64,000 bases of DNA from NCBI GenBank assembly GCA_030704615.1, contig CM060731.1, positions 25,296,001-25,360,000 of the forward strand, written 5' to 3'. A program made the position numbers and the translations under genes. This document shows positions 40,218 through 51,960 of the stretch, piece by piece. This DNA comes from Takakia lepidozioides (taxonomy: Eukaryota > Plantae > Bryophyta). Position 1 is the stretch's first letter. Every line of letters starts with the position of its first letter. A model generated the notes under the pieces. It worked only from the letters and a program-made list of their open reading frames with translations. It did not search any database and had not been told where the DNA came from.

Positions 40218-42153
40218 GTTCCCAGTAGCTCGGCACTTCCGTATCACCTACCCTAGTTTACGTGATTTTGTATCTTCTCTTTTTCTTACAGCCATGCTGC
40301 TGTCTTTGTCGCTCTCTATTTTTATTAACACAAATCTACCGTGCCCAAACTGCACTGGCGTTCCCCCACACTTCTTCACTCATCCCGCTCATACCCAACT
40401 ACTCACCTATACCTCATCACCCACCGAGAATTTCAATGTTACCAATGCATATACTCAAAGCTGCCCTGCAATTGTCTCTCCTGACCCCTGCCACACAACC
40501 CACTATTACCCACATTCCCACAGTGGTTACTTGGCGATCTACCAACTCACACCTGCCCCATCCCAACCCCATTTATACCCCCTTGCACTTCAGATACAGC
40601 GCCACCATCCCACTTCCACATGCACACTACCCCACCATTCACCTGCCGTTCAAAATATTATTTCCAGCATGCCGCAGTCCTCAACCACCCACTATCCTAC
40701 CACTTCGCATATCATTTATGTTGTCATTGTCGCTTGGTTATACCCAGCGAGGATCCAAGCACTCCCACACAGCCCTCCACCCACCTACCGCTGAAGACTT
40801 CTGTAGTGCCAGGCAGCCCCCTTGCTTCCTCACTGAGCAATGCCCACACCTCCACTATCTCCCTCTTGTATACTTGCCCCCTCGCTTCATCAACACACAC
40901 CCATCACCCATCCCGCGCGGGCATGGTATATATTGCCATCCCATGCACCACTCCTCCGCCCCCTCAATACCCTCATACTCTACGGTTGCCACCTGCCTGA
41001 CCTTTCCCATTAAATTATATCCCCCCCTTACAAAAATCACCCATTTTCACCCTATCCCGGATGGACCCCATCCACTACTCATACAGATATTCACCCCATT
41101 TCCTAATTACCTCTATGCCAAAATAAACCCTTGCCAATATAAACACCTTGCCCCCACTAGCTCCACGATTAAATGCTTCATTGCCCATACAGATTTACCC
41201 AACCTTGACACACTCCCTGTACATTCTCCTGACACTCTTAACTACATAAACACACATCCCCAACACGGCCTCCTAACACATTGCCCTCATGGCCGGTATC
41301 AACTACAAGTCCTGGCATCCAAGCACTCTCTTCACCACCTCCCATCGCACCACACCAAATTCACTCTAACATGCGCACTACTCATACTTATGAGATGCGG
41401 TGACATCCATCCAAACCCCGGCCGAATAACATCAACAATATTATTAATGACCTCCCTACTGACCCCCAAGACAGATATGCGTTATACTTTCAAAACCAGC
41501 ACTGTCTCACTCAAACCAGCATATCAACATTTATACGACCACTTCATGCCCTCTATCACCTCATATTCCGTTCACGCCACAACTAAATACCCAATAGCCA
41601 CATGTGGCCTCCCCCCATGTGACTACCCCACCCTCACACAAGCGGTTCGCCAACTTACCCAATACCCACCTCTACACATCTTATTCTCCTTAATCATTAC
41701 CATCTCCCCACTACCCACAATATGTGATGATTACTTCAGGACCCACACCGACTCACAAGTCCAAACACTTTTACACAAACTTCAACAACTCCCAGCCCAC
41801 CCCCAGAACTATATAACACCCCCTCACTACCTATCTGAGCTACACGAGTCACTTCTACTCCTCCAATCAACTCCCGGATATGTCTATAAAATATTAGGCG
41901 ACCACCTCTCCGACGCTACTCATGACCTCCGTGACCTGACTCACAAATTCCCATTCTTATCAAACAATATTCTCAAGGCCACTCTCCAAGCCCACTCTCC
42001 AACTCCCGGTTACCAACACCCACCCAGGCCGCAATCCCCCTCCTCCCCCATAACGCCACCACCCAACCCCCCAACTCTCCCAATACACTATCACCCAATA
42101 GAATACCCTCCCCTCCCCATCTGGCCCGTACCCAACACGCCCACTCCCTCTGT

Positions 42154-42920
42154 ATCACCGCCTGGAATGTGGGATCCCTAGCTACAAGCATTCAAAGTCT
42201 CATACACCTACTCTCCGAATCCATTTCTCCACACATCATCCTTCTACAAGAAACTAAGCTTAACACCAATAACCTCAATAGCTCTTATCTAAACAAACTT
42301 CTCCCGGCCTACCATATGCTATACAGCAACCCCCTAACAGCCGCGTAATGCCTCTCCCGACGGTCTGCCCCATACCATCCCTCTAGTGGTGGCGTCGCAC
42401 TAGGTATCCTCCGCACACACCACTCCTCCAGCACCACCACCAAAATAACTATACCCCTTCCCCTCCGCTCCCACCTCCAAATCATACAACTCAACCTGCC
42501 CGCCCTAACCCCCATCACTCTAATTCATCTCTACATGCCGTCACACGTTGATGATCTCTCGTTGATCCCGGACATCCTCCAAACCATCTCCAACACCATC
42601 ACCCAACCAACAACGCTCCACCACAACATCATACTAGCCGGCGACTTCAACAGGGACATAGCCCTACTAGGCCACACCTACAACGGTATACACAAACCTC
42701 CCTCCCCAACAGACCACACATGGGCAAAATTCATCCAGCAACACCAATTCCAATATATACCCGCCGACTACCACTATTCCAGACAAGGAGGGCTCAACTA
42801 CTCTTCTCTAAGCCTACTAGACGGTTATTACCTCAAAACCCATACCCTGATACCACCACAACTACAAAGTCACATACACATCAACAGTATCTGTAACTCC
42901 GACCACTACCCGGTGTCGAT
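42154..42920 (+). pseudogene. APE/EEP endonuclease domain
   Basis: ITAWNVGSL, IILLQETKL, GGVALGI, IHLYMP, IILAGDFN, LLDGYY, SDHYPV. One internal TAA near 42346. Confidence 0.92.
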
Positions 42921-43194
42921 AACCTTTCCCACGTCCCTCATCCCCTTCCGACCCATCCCTTCTACCCACACCCCACCCCCACAATCTCGGATACTATCCC
43001 CGCTTCTACAACGAAACATCGATGCCTTCCAACGCCTCTTTTACCTAGCCGCCTCACCCCTCATATTACAACTATCTAGTATCCTCTCCCCTGATAACCT
43101 AATATTGTCCCCGGAAAACACATGGTTACAAGCCAAACTTACACTCACTAACATTATGAACAAAATGACCACATGTGTCCTTACCTCATGTTGC

Positions 43195-43225
<31 letters not shown>

Positions 43226-43499
43226 GAAATACCGCAAACCACCCGATCCACACACAACGGAGGATATTTAACACGTACACAAAAACGGAACTGGACCTCA
43301 CATCTCAATACCTATCACACCATCCGATGTGCTCTTACCATCGTACCCCAACCACTCACAACCCACCCTAACAATAACTGGAGATCTGACAAGGCATGGC
43401 TAAAAGCAACACCGCGCCCACCATATACCGCCCCTACTCAGGCCATACCTGTCATTCCCCAAATCTACCGACAAATCATACCTCTTAGATTTCCCCTCT

Positions 43500-43900
43500 C
43501 CCACTCCCACTACACCGATGGATCCCTCATAAACTCCAACGCCGGATATGGTATATACCATGCGGCCACCCAGCAGGGGATCGCCCTCCGGCTTCCTGGT
43601 CCCGCCACAATTTTACGTGCTGAACTCATGGCTATATATGACGCCATATCTAGGCTTGCCAACTTTCCTCCACCTTACTGTATCTTTACTGACAGCCTTA
43701 CCTCCCTCTTCCTTATCAAAAATCACATAAACCGCCCATCCTCCCACCACCACCATCCAGACCGCAATCTCATCACTGCCATAGTCCAACTAGCCCTCTC
43801 CAACTCTCACCCCATCCACCTCCATAAAGTCCGCTCGCACACAGGGATACTAGGGAACGATGTTGCTGATCTATTTGCTCAAGCTGGAGCTGCCAAACCC
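43500..43900 (+). CDS. RNase HI domain of the retrotransposon
   Basis: YTDGS, TILRAELMAI, IFTDSL, HKVRSHTGILGNDVAD: the D-E-D-H-D catalytic set is intact. Confidence 0.93.
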
Positions 43901-44149
43901 CCTATAATTCCATCGGAAGACCCTATTCACATCGCTCATACACACCCTTTTTGGTTCATATACCCTGTCCCAGACCCACCTACACCCAGACCTGTTCGCA
44001 ACCTACTCGCCACCCTCACCAGGGAAGCCAACAAACAAGTTGCTGCATCAATAAGCCATACTAAAGTTCATATCCAAAAATAGACACAATACAATGTGCT
44101 TCACCATAAACTATCAAATCACTTCTGGAATACCAAAATCACCACAGAT

Positions 44150-44958
44150 GCGACAAACCCTCAAATTTAGATACGCCCAGTACATGGGACATCAACGCCA
44201 ACACATTTTCTGGCCACAACTTTATCCATCTCCGTATTGCCCACTGTGCTCAAACACCCACCAAGAACGTGACACCTGGCCACATCTACTTAGCCAATGT
44301 ACACACCCTACCATACATGGCCTCCGCATTACCCGTCACAACCAGCAGTCTGGCATATCCACAAATTGCTTCTTAGCCGTACCGAAACCAGATGGTACAC
44401 ACTTCTAAACGCAGGCACATACCAAGGCCGCCCACCCGATCACACTGTCCCACCATGACTACTTCCATGCACATGCGCATCCCAAACATGCACCTGCCCC
44501 GCAAGGCTCTGCCCAAATATTTTACTGGTGCAGGGCTTACCCACGACAGTCTCGCCGCCCACCACACCCACCTCATCTCTCGCCATCCACTTCATTGAGT
44601 TCACATACTGCCATGACCACTACCCACCTCATCTCTCGCCATCCACTTCATTGAGTTCACATACTGCCATGACCACTACCCACAAGACTCCATCCTGGAA
44701 AAGAGGCAAAAATACGCCCCCCTCATTTTAGCTATCCGCCGACAAAGACGGCGCACTGGTCCCCTAACCCTCATCACAGTAGGCACAAGAGGTGGCATTC
44801 ACAACGCCAACAGCAATGACCTGCATAACAACTTTCAAATCCCTATCTCTCCTATCCACAAATGTTTTCAAGCCATACACCTCACAGCCCTCCGCACTCT
44901 CACAGCTATCATCACCAATAAACGTAAGCTTGAATCTAATCCTACAACAATACCCTAG
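44150..44958 (+). pseudogene. CCHC zinc knuckle plus restriction-like (PD-(D/E)xK) endonuclease, inactivated
   Basis: CPLC..DTWPHLLSQC..RHN, RL(C)P(N)ILLV at the RPD position, IHFIEFTYCHD, K.QKYAPLI, ITVGTRGGIH, AIITNKRKLE, ending in TAG at 44956-44958. Confidence 0.82.
44566..44683. repeat. 56-bp tandem duplication within the RLE core (frameshifting)
   Basis: ACCCACCTCATCTCTCGCCATCCACTTCATTGAGTTCACATACTGCCATGACCACT occurs twice, bounded by ACCCAC microhomology. Confidence 0.95.
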
Positions 44959-45249
44959 ATGCCCTCAGGGGGGCACCCCCCCCACAATGGCACCATACTG
45001 GCACACATCGCACACACATCTCTAGTGACTCGGTGTCCAACCGGACACCTTTTTTTTTTTTAATCATAGGGCCCACCTCCGACAGGGGGCAGTAGCCGAA
45101 AGGTGAAGTGGCTCTTAGTTAGGCTGGCTCTGGCCAGAGTCTTCTCTCTCTCTTGCCTACGATTCATGGCGGGGCTGCTGCTCCCCCAAGACATTGCCAG
45201 CCGGAACCGTGTCTGGTGTAGGGGGATCAATGCCACACATGGGAACTGT

Positions 45250-46066
45250 GTCACACGGGGGCTCCGCGGCGGACAGGGGATCAAGGTCGAGCAGCTTGGC
45301 CATGCCCCCATTGAGTGTCCCAAGTCGTGTTCAATAAGTTCAGACAATTAAACCCTCTGGTACATGTGGCCGCACCATCTTGAACACCTTCACTTGGTGC
45401 TTGCAAAGGTTCCCTTCCATGGCGTTAGGGTAGTCACAACAAGCCCACTTGGATGTTGGATTGCATATAGTGTACACAGTGCCTGGAGAAGACATGCTTT
45501 TTACCTTCGCAGGATCCCCCGTGTGCTCGGGCAATTCCACGTTGGATTCCGGTATCTGCCCAGCCATCCACACCTCATTTTGCACGAAATGTTCCATCCT
45601 AGAGTTGCGAATGAACCCTTCAGCTTTCAAGGTCGAAATGTACCAGTAATGTGTGGAGGGCTACCTGTTAGGATGTAGACCAACCAATCCAGTCGACGCC
45701 CGTCCATTTTGTCTGTTTGGGACAAGCGCCTCTTCAGGTTTGCATGGTACGCTTCAATTCCAGCATTCGTATCTTGTCCGGCATGTGCCAACAACCCACA
45801 TGTCCATTTTCGGGATTCACCATTTGTGGATATACAAGAAGAACAGTTTAGCTACGGGATACTTTGTTTGTAACTCATACAATCTAAACACAGCCCAGGC
45901 CTGCGAAGAGTCACCAATGGGACCACCTTTATTGTACATGATGTCACCCATACCTTGCAAGACATCGGCCCTTAACTGGCATCCTTGATCTTCTCGATGG
46001 CATTCCTCAGCCAGGCCTTTGAACATGCCAAAGGCACAGGAAACCGGCACTTCTGGGAACGTATGC
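45250..46066 (-). pseudogene. MULE/SWIM-family transposase, C-terminal half (inverted relative to the N-terminal half)
   Basis: Acceptor AG at 46068-46067, then HTFPEVPV(F)LCLWHVQR(A)W, GQDTNAGIEAYHANLK, RRLDWLVYIL and SWIM-like WACCD.PNAMEGNLCKHQVKV. Several frameshifts. Confidence 0.8.
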
Positions 46067-46385
46067 CTGAACCATCCACAAAACGACATTAGCAAGGCCA
46101 CTACAACACCACAACAGGACCACCACATGAGTCGCAAGAGAATCACAAACACCGTAGAGCGCACACGATTGAGGCCCTGGCAGGTCATCCCAAACCCATC
46201 GCAGGAGCAGCACGAACAAGCACGACAGCTGGAAACCTCGCTCAATCCAAATGGAGAACCCTACCTCCACAACGAAGTGAATAGCATATGCAGGTCCACG
46301 TGGTGCGATACCCACCGTTGGAAATGGAAGGGATGGGGGGATCGGTCGAAGGGGGATCAAAGCAAGAGATCGCGGCAAGACTAGG

Positions 46386-47020
46386 CACTACTACGTTTTG
46401 GGGGGGGGGGGGGTGTTTAGCGATGCCTCAGTGACCTCCAAACGCCTCGCCTAGCGACGAAAATACACTACTACAGCGCCAGGGCGCGCCGGGGACAAAT
46501 TGCGACGTCGGGAAGTCGCCGCACATCGCTCCCGGAATGTCGCAGGATTAGCGACCTAAGGGAATCGCTAATCCCTCGGGTCCACCTAGCCACGACCAGC
46601 GACGGCCAAAAGACGCCGCCCCTCCGGGAGTCGCAACAAAGGGCAGGGAGGGGGGTCCATCCCTTCCCTTGCGTCATGGGGCAGTCGCAAGGACGTCGCC
46701 CATTCCCAGAATTAGCCACGCGCTGGCGTCGCCAAAACGTCGCAACCTGGCGACGCCTGGGAATCGCCATGACGTCGCCGCCATTTGGGGGCGTCGCTAG
46801 ACCCCCATGGGTAAGGAGGTTCTGTAGCGACGTCCGGAATCGCAGGGACGTCGCTAGCTCCATGGGAGGGCACGTTCATGTGCGACTCCCTGGAGACGCA
46901 ACAATGTCGCAGCCCCTTCGTGGCGTCGCTAGCTCCACGTTGGCGTTGTTCTGTTGCGACGGCGGGGATCGCAACGGCGTCGCTGGTCGCACCGTCGTCG
47001 CCCGGCGTCGCTGGGTGGGA
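46386..47020 (-). mobile_element. CACTA terminus with GCGACG/CGTCGC subterminal repeats (inferred 3' end, inverted)
   Basis: AGG|CACTACTACGTTTTGGGG.. followed by dense GCGAC/GTCGC motifs. Confidence 0.85.
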
Positions 47021-47223
47021 GGGTAGCCAACTGGTATTTGGGGTGGTTTTCTTGGGGGTTGGGGTGTGCCTTGTGCTTGCATGAAATGCATGCATTCTAA
47101 TCTATATGTTATATTAGAATCCACATGTCCATTAAGGTTAGAATGAGGATCGAAATGGTAACTGAAGAAATATATACATAAAGCGAGTACTACCTTTACA
47201 TGTCTCTAACTGGGAACCATCCC

Positions 47224-47775
47224 TCACTCCTCATCACCTGAGTCATAGGTGTACTCGTCCAAGGAATGCAAGCTACGCTGGGCCTCCAATTTGGAGAATG
47301 ATGAGGCCGAGTCCGAGATTACATCATCCTTCGAACCACCCCCTACTACTGGCTCTCCCCCCTCCGGCCGAGCCACTGAACTACCCATCCCCACCCCTAC
47401 AGATGCACTATCCTCCGTCAATTGTGGTGTCTTGGCCATTGAGGCTACAAGGGCCTTCCACCCCTGAGTCTTGCAGAAGTTGTGCTCGATGGCGGAGGGA
47501 GGCCTCTCAAACTTCTTTTTCTGCACATGACATACAAATGCAATGACAGGTCAGAATTCATAATGGAAGGGAGAATCTAAAAAAGAAGAATGGGTATCAC
47601 AAGAGAAAGAACACTTACGAATCGGGTGACAAAACTCTTGCTTCCGCCGGGGCCCCACTTGTGTGTTGATTCCGCACCCTTCTCGAGGCGGGCTGCAGTT
47701 GCCGCACGTCCCCTTGCGAAGATCTCCGCCTTAAGCTCTTCCCTCTCCCCTGCGATGAGAGCCTTCCAAAATTCA
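47224..47775 (-). pseudogene. 3' part of the CACTA second gene (TnpA/Ptta-like), two exons
   Basis: EFWKALI..THKWGPGGSKSFVTRF | KKKFERPPSAIE, joined by a GT-AG intron and pointing toward the 46386 terminus. Family assignment rests on weak motif resemblance. Confidence 0.5.
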
Positions 47776-50700
47776 TGAACCGGGATTTTGTTCCTTCAGA
47801 GGGGGGTACGTATCAAAGGGACCCGACCCCGTCTGAAATGGCGGTCTCCGATGATGAGGACAACAATGACAATGGAATTATGCATGAGGATGTGGCAGCA
47901 ATGGAGGACCTCTTAATGCATCAAATGGTAGATGAGGACACAGACTCTTTGAATGACATGGAAAAAGAAGCCAAAACTCCCTTATACGAAGGGGCCAAAA
48001 TGAATAGACTTTCAACCATCTTGTTGTTGCTGAATTTGCAAATCCGGTTTGGCATAAGCAATGTGGGTATGTCCGCCATAATGCGGACTATTGCGGACTA
48101 TATCCTTGCCCCACATTTGAAGCCGAGAATGCCACGATCAAGAAAAGAGGCAAGAGCAGCCTTGGATGCTGTGGGGATGGGCTATAAGATTTTTCATGCA
48201 TGTCCATGTGATAAAACCTTGTACTACGGAGAGGATGCGAAACTCACCAAGTGTCCAAAGTGCAACAAAGACCGATATCGGGATGATGTTCAAGAGAAAA
48301 AAGCCCTGCGCAAGGTATACCCGCGCCACAATACACTTGTATATTGCATTCTACCTTTTTGCAACCGCTACAAGACGTAAGGTTTTACTTAGAGATATGA
48401 ATGACACTGATTATGATATGGGGCCGACATGGAGATGGTGCCAAAAAATGCACTACTTTCCAATCATCCCGCGACTGCAGGCACACTACCGAAGCCCCTC
48501 ATTGGCAGAACTGATGAGATGGCACGCCTCGCATTGGAGCCCCCCGGGAGAGGTGTGCGGGCCACAAGATTCACAAGCATGGAGGCATACTGAAGAGATT
48601 GGCCTTTTCTCTTGGAGGACCCACGACATGTCCGCCTCGGCTTCTCCTCGGATGGGGTCAACCCATTCTCTGTCCAGTCATGTAGTCATTCCACTTGGCC
48701 GGTGACCATGGTGAATTACAACATCCCTCCGTATCTTTCAATAAAAAAAAACCATATCATGTTGGCTGCCATTGTACCGGGTGAGTGTTTCATTTCATGC
48801 TTATTATTACTCTGGATTTTACATTAATCTTCTTCTCTTTGGCGCAATTTCGATGGAAGATTGATGAATGACGTAATCATGTAGTAAGATGTGTCATTCA
48901 TTATGAAGTATAATTAGCATGGTGGAGCATTGAAACAATTAATGGTGTGAATGTCTCATAGGGAAAAAAACAAGTGAAAGACATGGACACATACTTGTGA
49001 CCTCTAGTTGATGAACTGAAGGAGTTATGGAGGGGCATTGGATGCTTCACTTGACCCTATGGCCGGACAATCTTTTCAGATGAGAGACATCTTGCTTTGG
49101 ACAATGCATGATTATCCAGGTATATTATGTTCCCCATAAGAAACCCGCGTATATTTACCTGTCAAGGGATATTGATGAGGATTGGGATTGATTGAAGTAG
49201 CGGCGACAGTCTTCTGCACCGTAGTGAGGTAGATGCACATGGAAACTTTTTGTCTTTCCTAATGTGGCGGAATGTCTACAGAACTTACTGTTTGCTCGGG
49301 GTTGAGCACTAAAGGGTACCATGCATGCTTGCATTGTGGCGATGAACTTGATGCACAAAGCTCCAGCAATCTTCGCAAGATGGTATATCCCAACTACCGC
49401 AAGTTTCTTCCTATGAGCCATCATTGGAGAAGAAGAGACAAACACTTGTTTGGCAAAGTGGAGTTACGTCCCCCACCTGTGACACCATCCGGGCACTTTT
49501 GGGAAGACCGATGGAAGGAGGCCCATCCGGAGGGGTCCGGTGAAGTGGAGGTGCCCGACATGAAGCACACCAACTGGTTATGGGTCATCCCTCCGTATAA
49601 AGTTCAATGAAGACGGGGTCCATGGTTTGAAGTCTCATGACTACCACAATCTATTGCAAGACATCTTGCCCATTGCAGTACGTGAGACATTGACTCCCGA
49701 GGTTTGCGAAACAGTCTATAGATTGGGAGCATTGTTCCGATGGATTTGCTCCAAAGAGCTGGAGGAAGCGGACTGTCCACGCATGAAAAAGGAGGCGGCG
49801 GTGGTCATGTGTATGTTGGAGATGCATGCACCTTCCTCTCTCCTTCTTTGACATCCAAGTACACTTGGTAGTGCACTTAGTGGAAGAGGCTTCGATTGCC
49901 GGCCCCGTTCATTCTCGTTGGATGTACTACCTTGAGCGATACATGAAGACTTTGAAAGCACATGTAAGACAAATGGCACACCCGGAGGGTAGCATGGCGG
50001 AGGGGTATACATTGCAAGAAGCTCTGTTCTACTGCATGGAGTACTTGGCAAGGGTGGATAAGGAAGCCCCTCCGATGTGGAAGGAAGATGAGGAAGTACG
50101 AACCAAAGACATCGTTTTGCCCAAAAATTCAAAGAGGATAAAATTACCCATCATGGTGATTAACCAAGCGCACGAGTTCATACTGAAGAACATCCCATCC
50201 ATACATGAGTGGGAGACAAGATACAATAACCTTGTTCAACAACGACAAGAGGAGACGGTTGCGTGGAGGCGGAACCATGCAAGGGCGACTACACGCGCTC
50301 TGCGAGCAAGGGGCCGGCGTAGGAATGTGCCTTCACAAGAATTGCCCATGGAATTGCAGCCTCTAAGTTCATTCCGCCATTGGCTTCGGACTGAAGTAGA
50401 GGATAGCATTGCGAAATGTGAGGTGGTTTCAGATTTCGTGCAAGACATTGCAAGGGGCCCCTCTCAATTTGCGACCTCATACACGGCCGTTTGGGTTCAT
50501 GGTCGTCATTTTCGCATTCGTGCTCTTGACATGAAGCGCAAAACAACGTTTGATTCTGGCTTGTGTGCCTCATATTGGCAAGACTCCGTGTGGGGCAGGG
50601 GAGATACACGACCTACCATGAGCACACTCAACTACTTTGGAGAGCTTGAGAGCATACTCCAACTTCAGTATACAAGGCACCAGCCTCTTATCTTCAAGGC

Positions 50701-51244
50701 AAGGTGGTTCCAGCCACATCTTGTGGGGCCATCCGCAACAATAGTAGAAGACGAGTGTGGTTTCATGCGCGTCAATACAGATAGGCTCGAGTCTACTCAT
50801 CGTCCCTCCGATGAGCCTTTTTCATGGCCTTCAGACATGAAGCAAGTTTTCTTCTCCGGATCAGGAAATTGGAAGGTGGTTGTGCATGCTCAGCCAAGAG
50901 GAAGACGTATCTACCATGGTCGGGGATCTACATGGGGCGAGGCAAATGCGGAGGAGGAAGAGACTGGTCATGATGACGCTGATGTTGGCCGAGGTTGGAT
51001 AGAGGGGGTACAAGAGAATGAGGACGCCCCGGACAATGCATCCCGGACCCTATACGATGAGGCTCCATCAGATGCAGATGTTGGAGAAGAAGATGAAGAC
51101 ATGGTCATTGAAACCGAGGTCGAAGATGATTCAGATGTGCCTTTTGGTAACCAGACCATTTATGACAATGACTCTGATGAGCGAGAAGACTTGCAGCTTG
51201 ATGAGGACGAAGAAGCTCCGGATGATGATGTTCAAGTCGATTAG
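47775..51244 (+). pseudogene. CACTA/EnSpm TnpD-type transposase (Transposase_21, DUF4218, DUF4216), 5'-truncated with stops and deletions
   Basis: PLYEG, HACPCD..Y..CPKC..RY, YFPIIPRLQ, RLGFSSDGVNPF, STWPV..YNIPP, LKSHDYH, FFDIQVHLVVHL..GPVHSRWMY..ERYMKTLK..PEGSMAEGY, YFGELESI..FKARWF. Confidence 0.93.
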
Positions 51245-51529
51245 ACACGTAATCAAAGCTACATAATAATTCTCGCACATAACTGTACCCATCCCTTCGA
51301 TTGATTGTATATGTACATGCATGTAGCTTATTTCTATGATTGATTAATGAAAAATCCATGGAAAAAATCCTTTGTACCCCAATGTCGATCCGTTCCCGAT
51401 CCCCTGCTCCCCCCAGGGACTCATCCCCCTTGGCCCTCTTCAACGTGATGTGGCCGTCCCCCCACCGTCCGATAGTTTTGCGCGATGGTCCACTGCGTTG
51501 CGCTCCCCCGGTCGTCCATCCCCCTCCCT

Positions 51530-51960
51530 CACTACTATGTTTAGGGGGGGGTTAGCGACGCCAGGACCCCGAGCGCGCCAGACGCGACGACCCTCCTGCG
51601 ACTGCTGCGCGCCGCGTAGGCGCTCGGCCCGGAAATAGCGACGTCTGCGCGTCGCCGCGGCGCCGCTCCGGTGACGCTTCGCCAGCTTGCGATTCAGGTA
51701 CGTCGTTGCAGTTGGGGCATGACCCGCCAGCAAGCTGGGGGTTGCGACGCCCGGGCGTCGCACGTGCCATCTGCGACGCTCCCGCAAGGCTGCGACGCCC
51801 GGGAATCGCAACAACACCCCCTCACACTTAGGTGCGTGGGGAGGGCCGGGCCAGCTCGCACTGGGGTTTGCGACGTCCCAACGCCGCAGCAATGCCACAA
51901 TGGCGACGTTTGCGATTCCCCGCAGTCGCTGGCCTGCTGGGGCGTCGCAAGTGCCCTCTT
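51530..51960 (+). mobile_element. CACTA terminus with GCGACG subterminal repeats (inferred 5' end, displaced)
   Basis: CCT|CACTACTATGTTTAGGGG..TTAGCGACGCC, closely similar to the terminus at 46386. Confidence 0.85.

Larger units (their letters stand above)
38048..45061 (+). mobile_element. Dualen/RandI-like non-LTR retrotransposon (APE + RNase H + CCHC + RLE), RT-less and degenerate; the 5' UTR probably extends to ~37100
   Basis: Domain motifs as listed in the sub-features. Frameshifts and stops throughout. 3' hairpin followed by T12. Confidence 0.85.
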
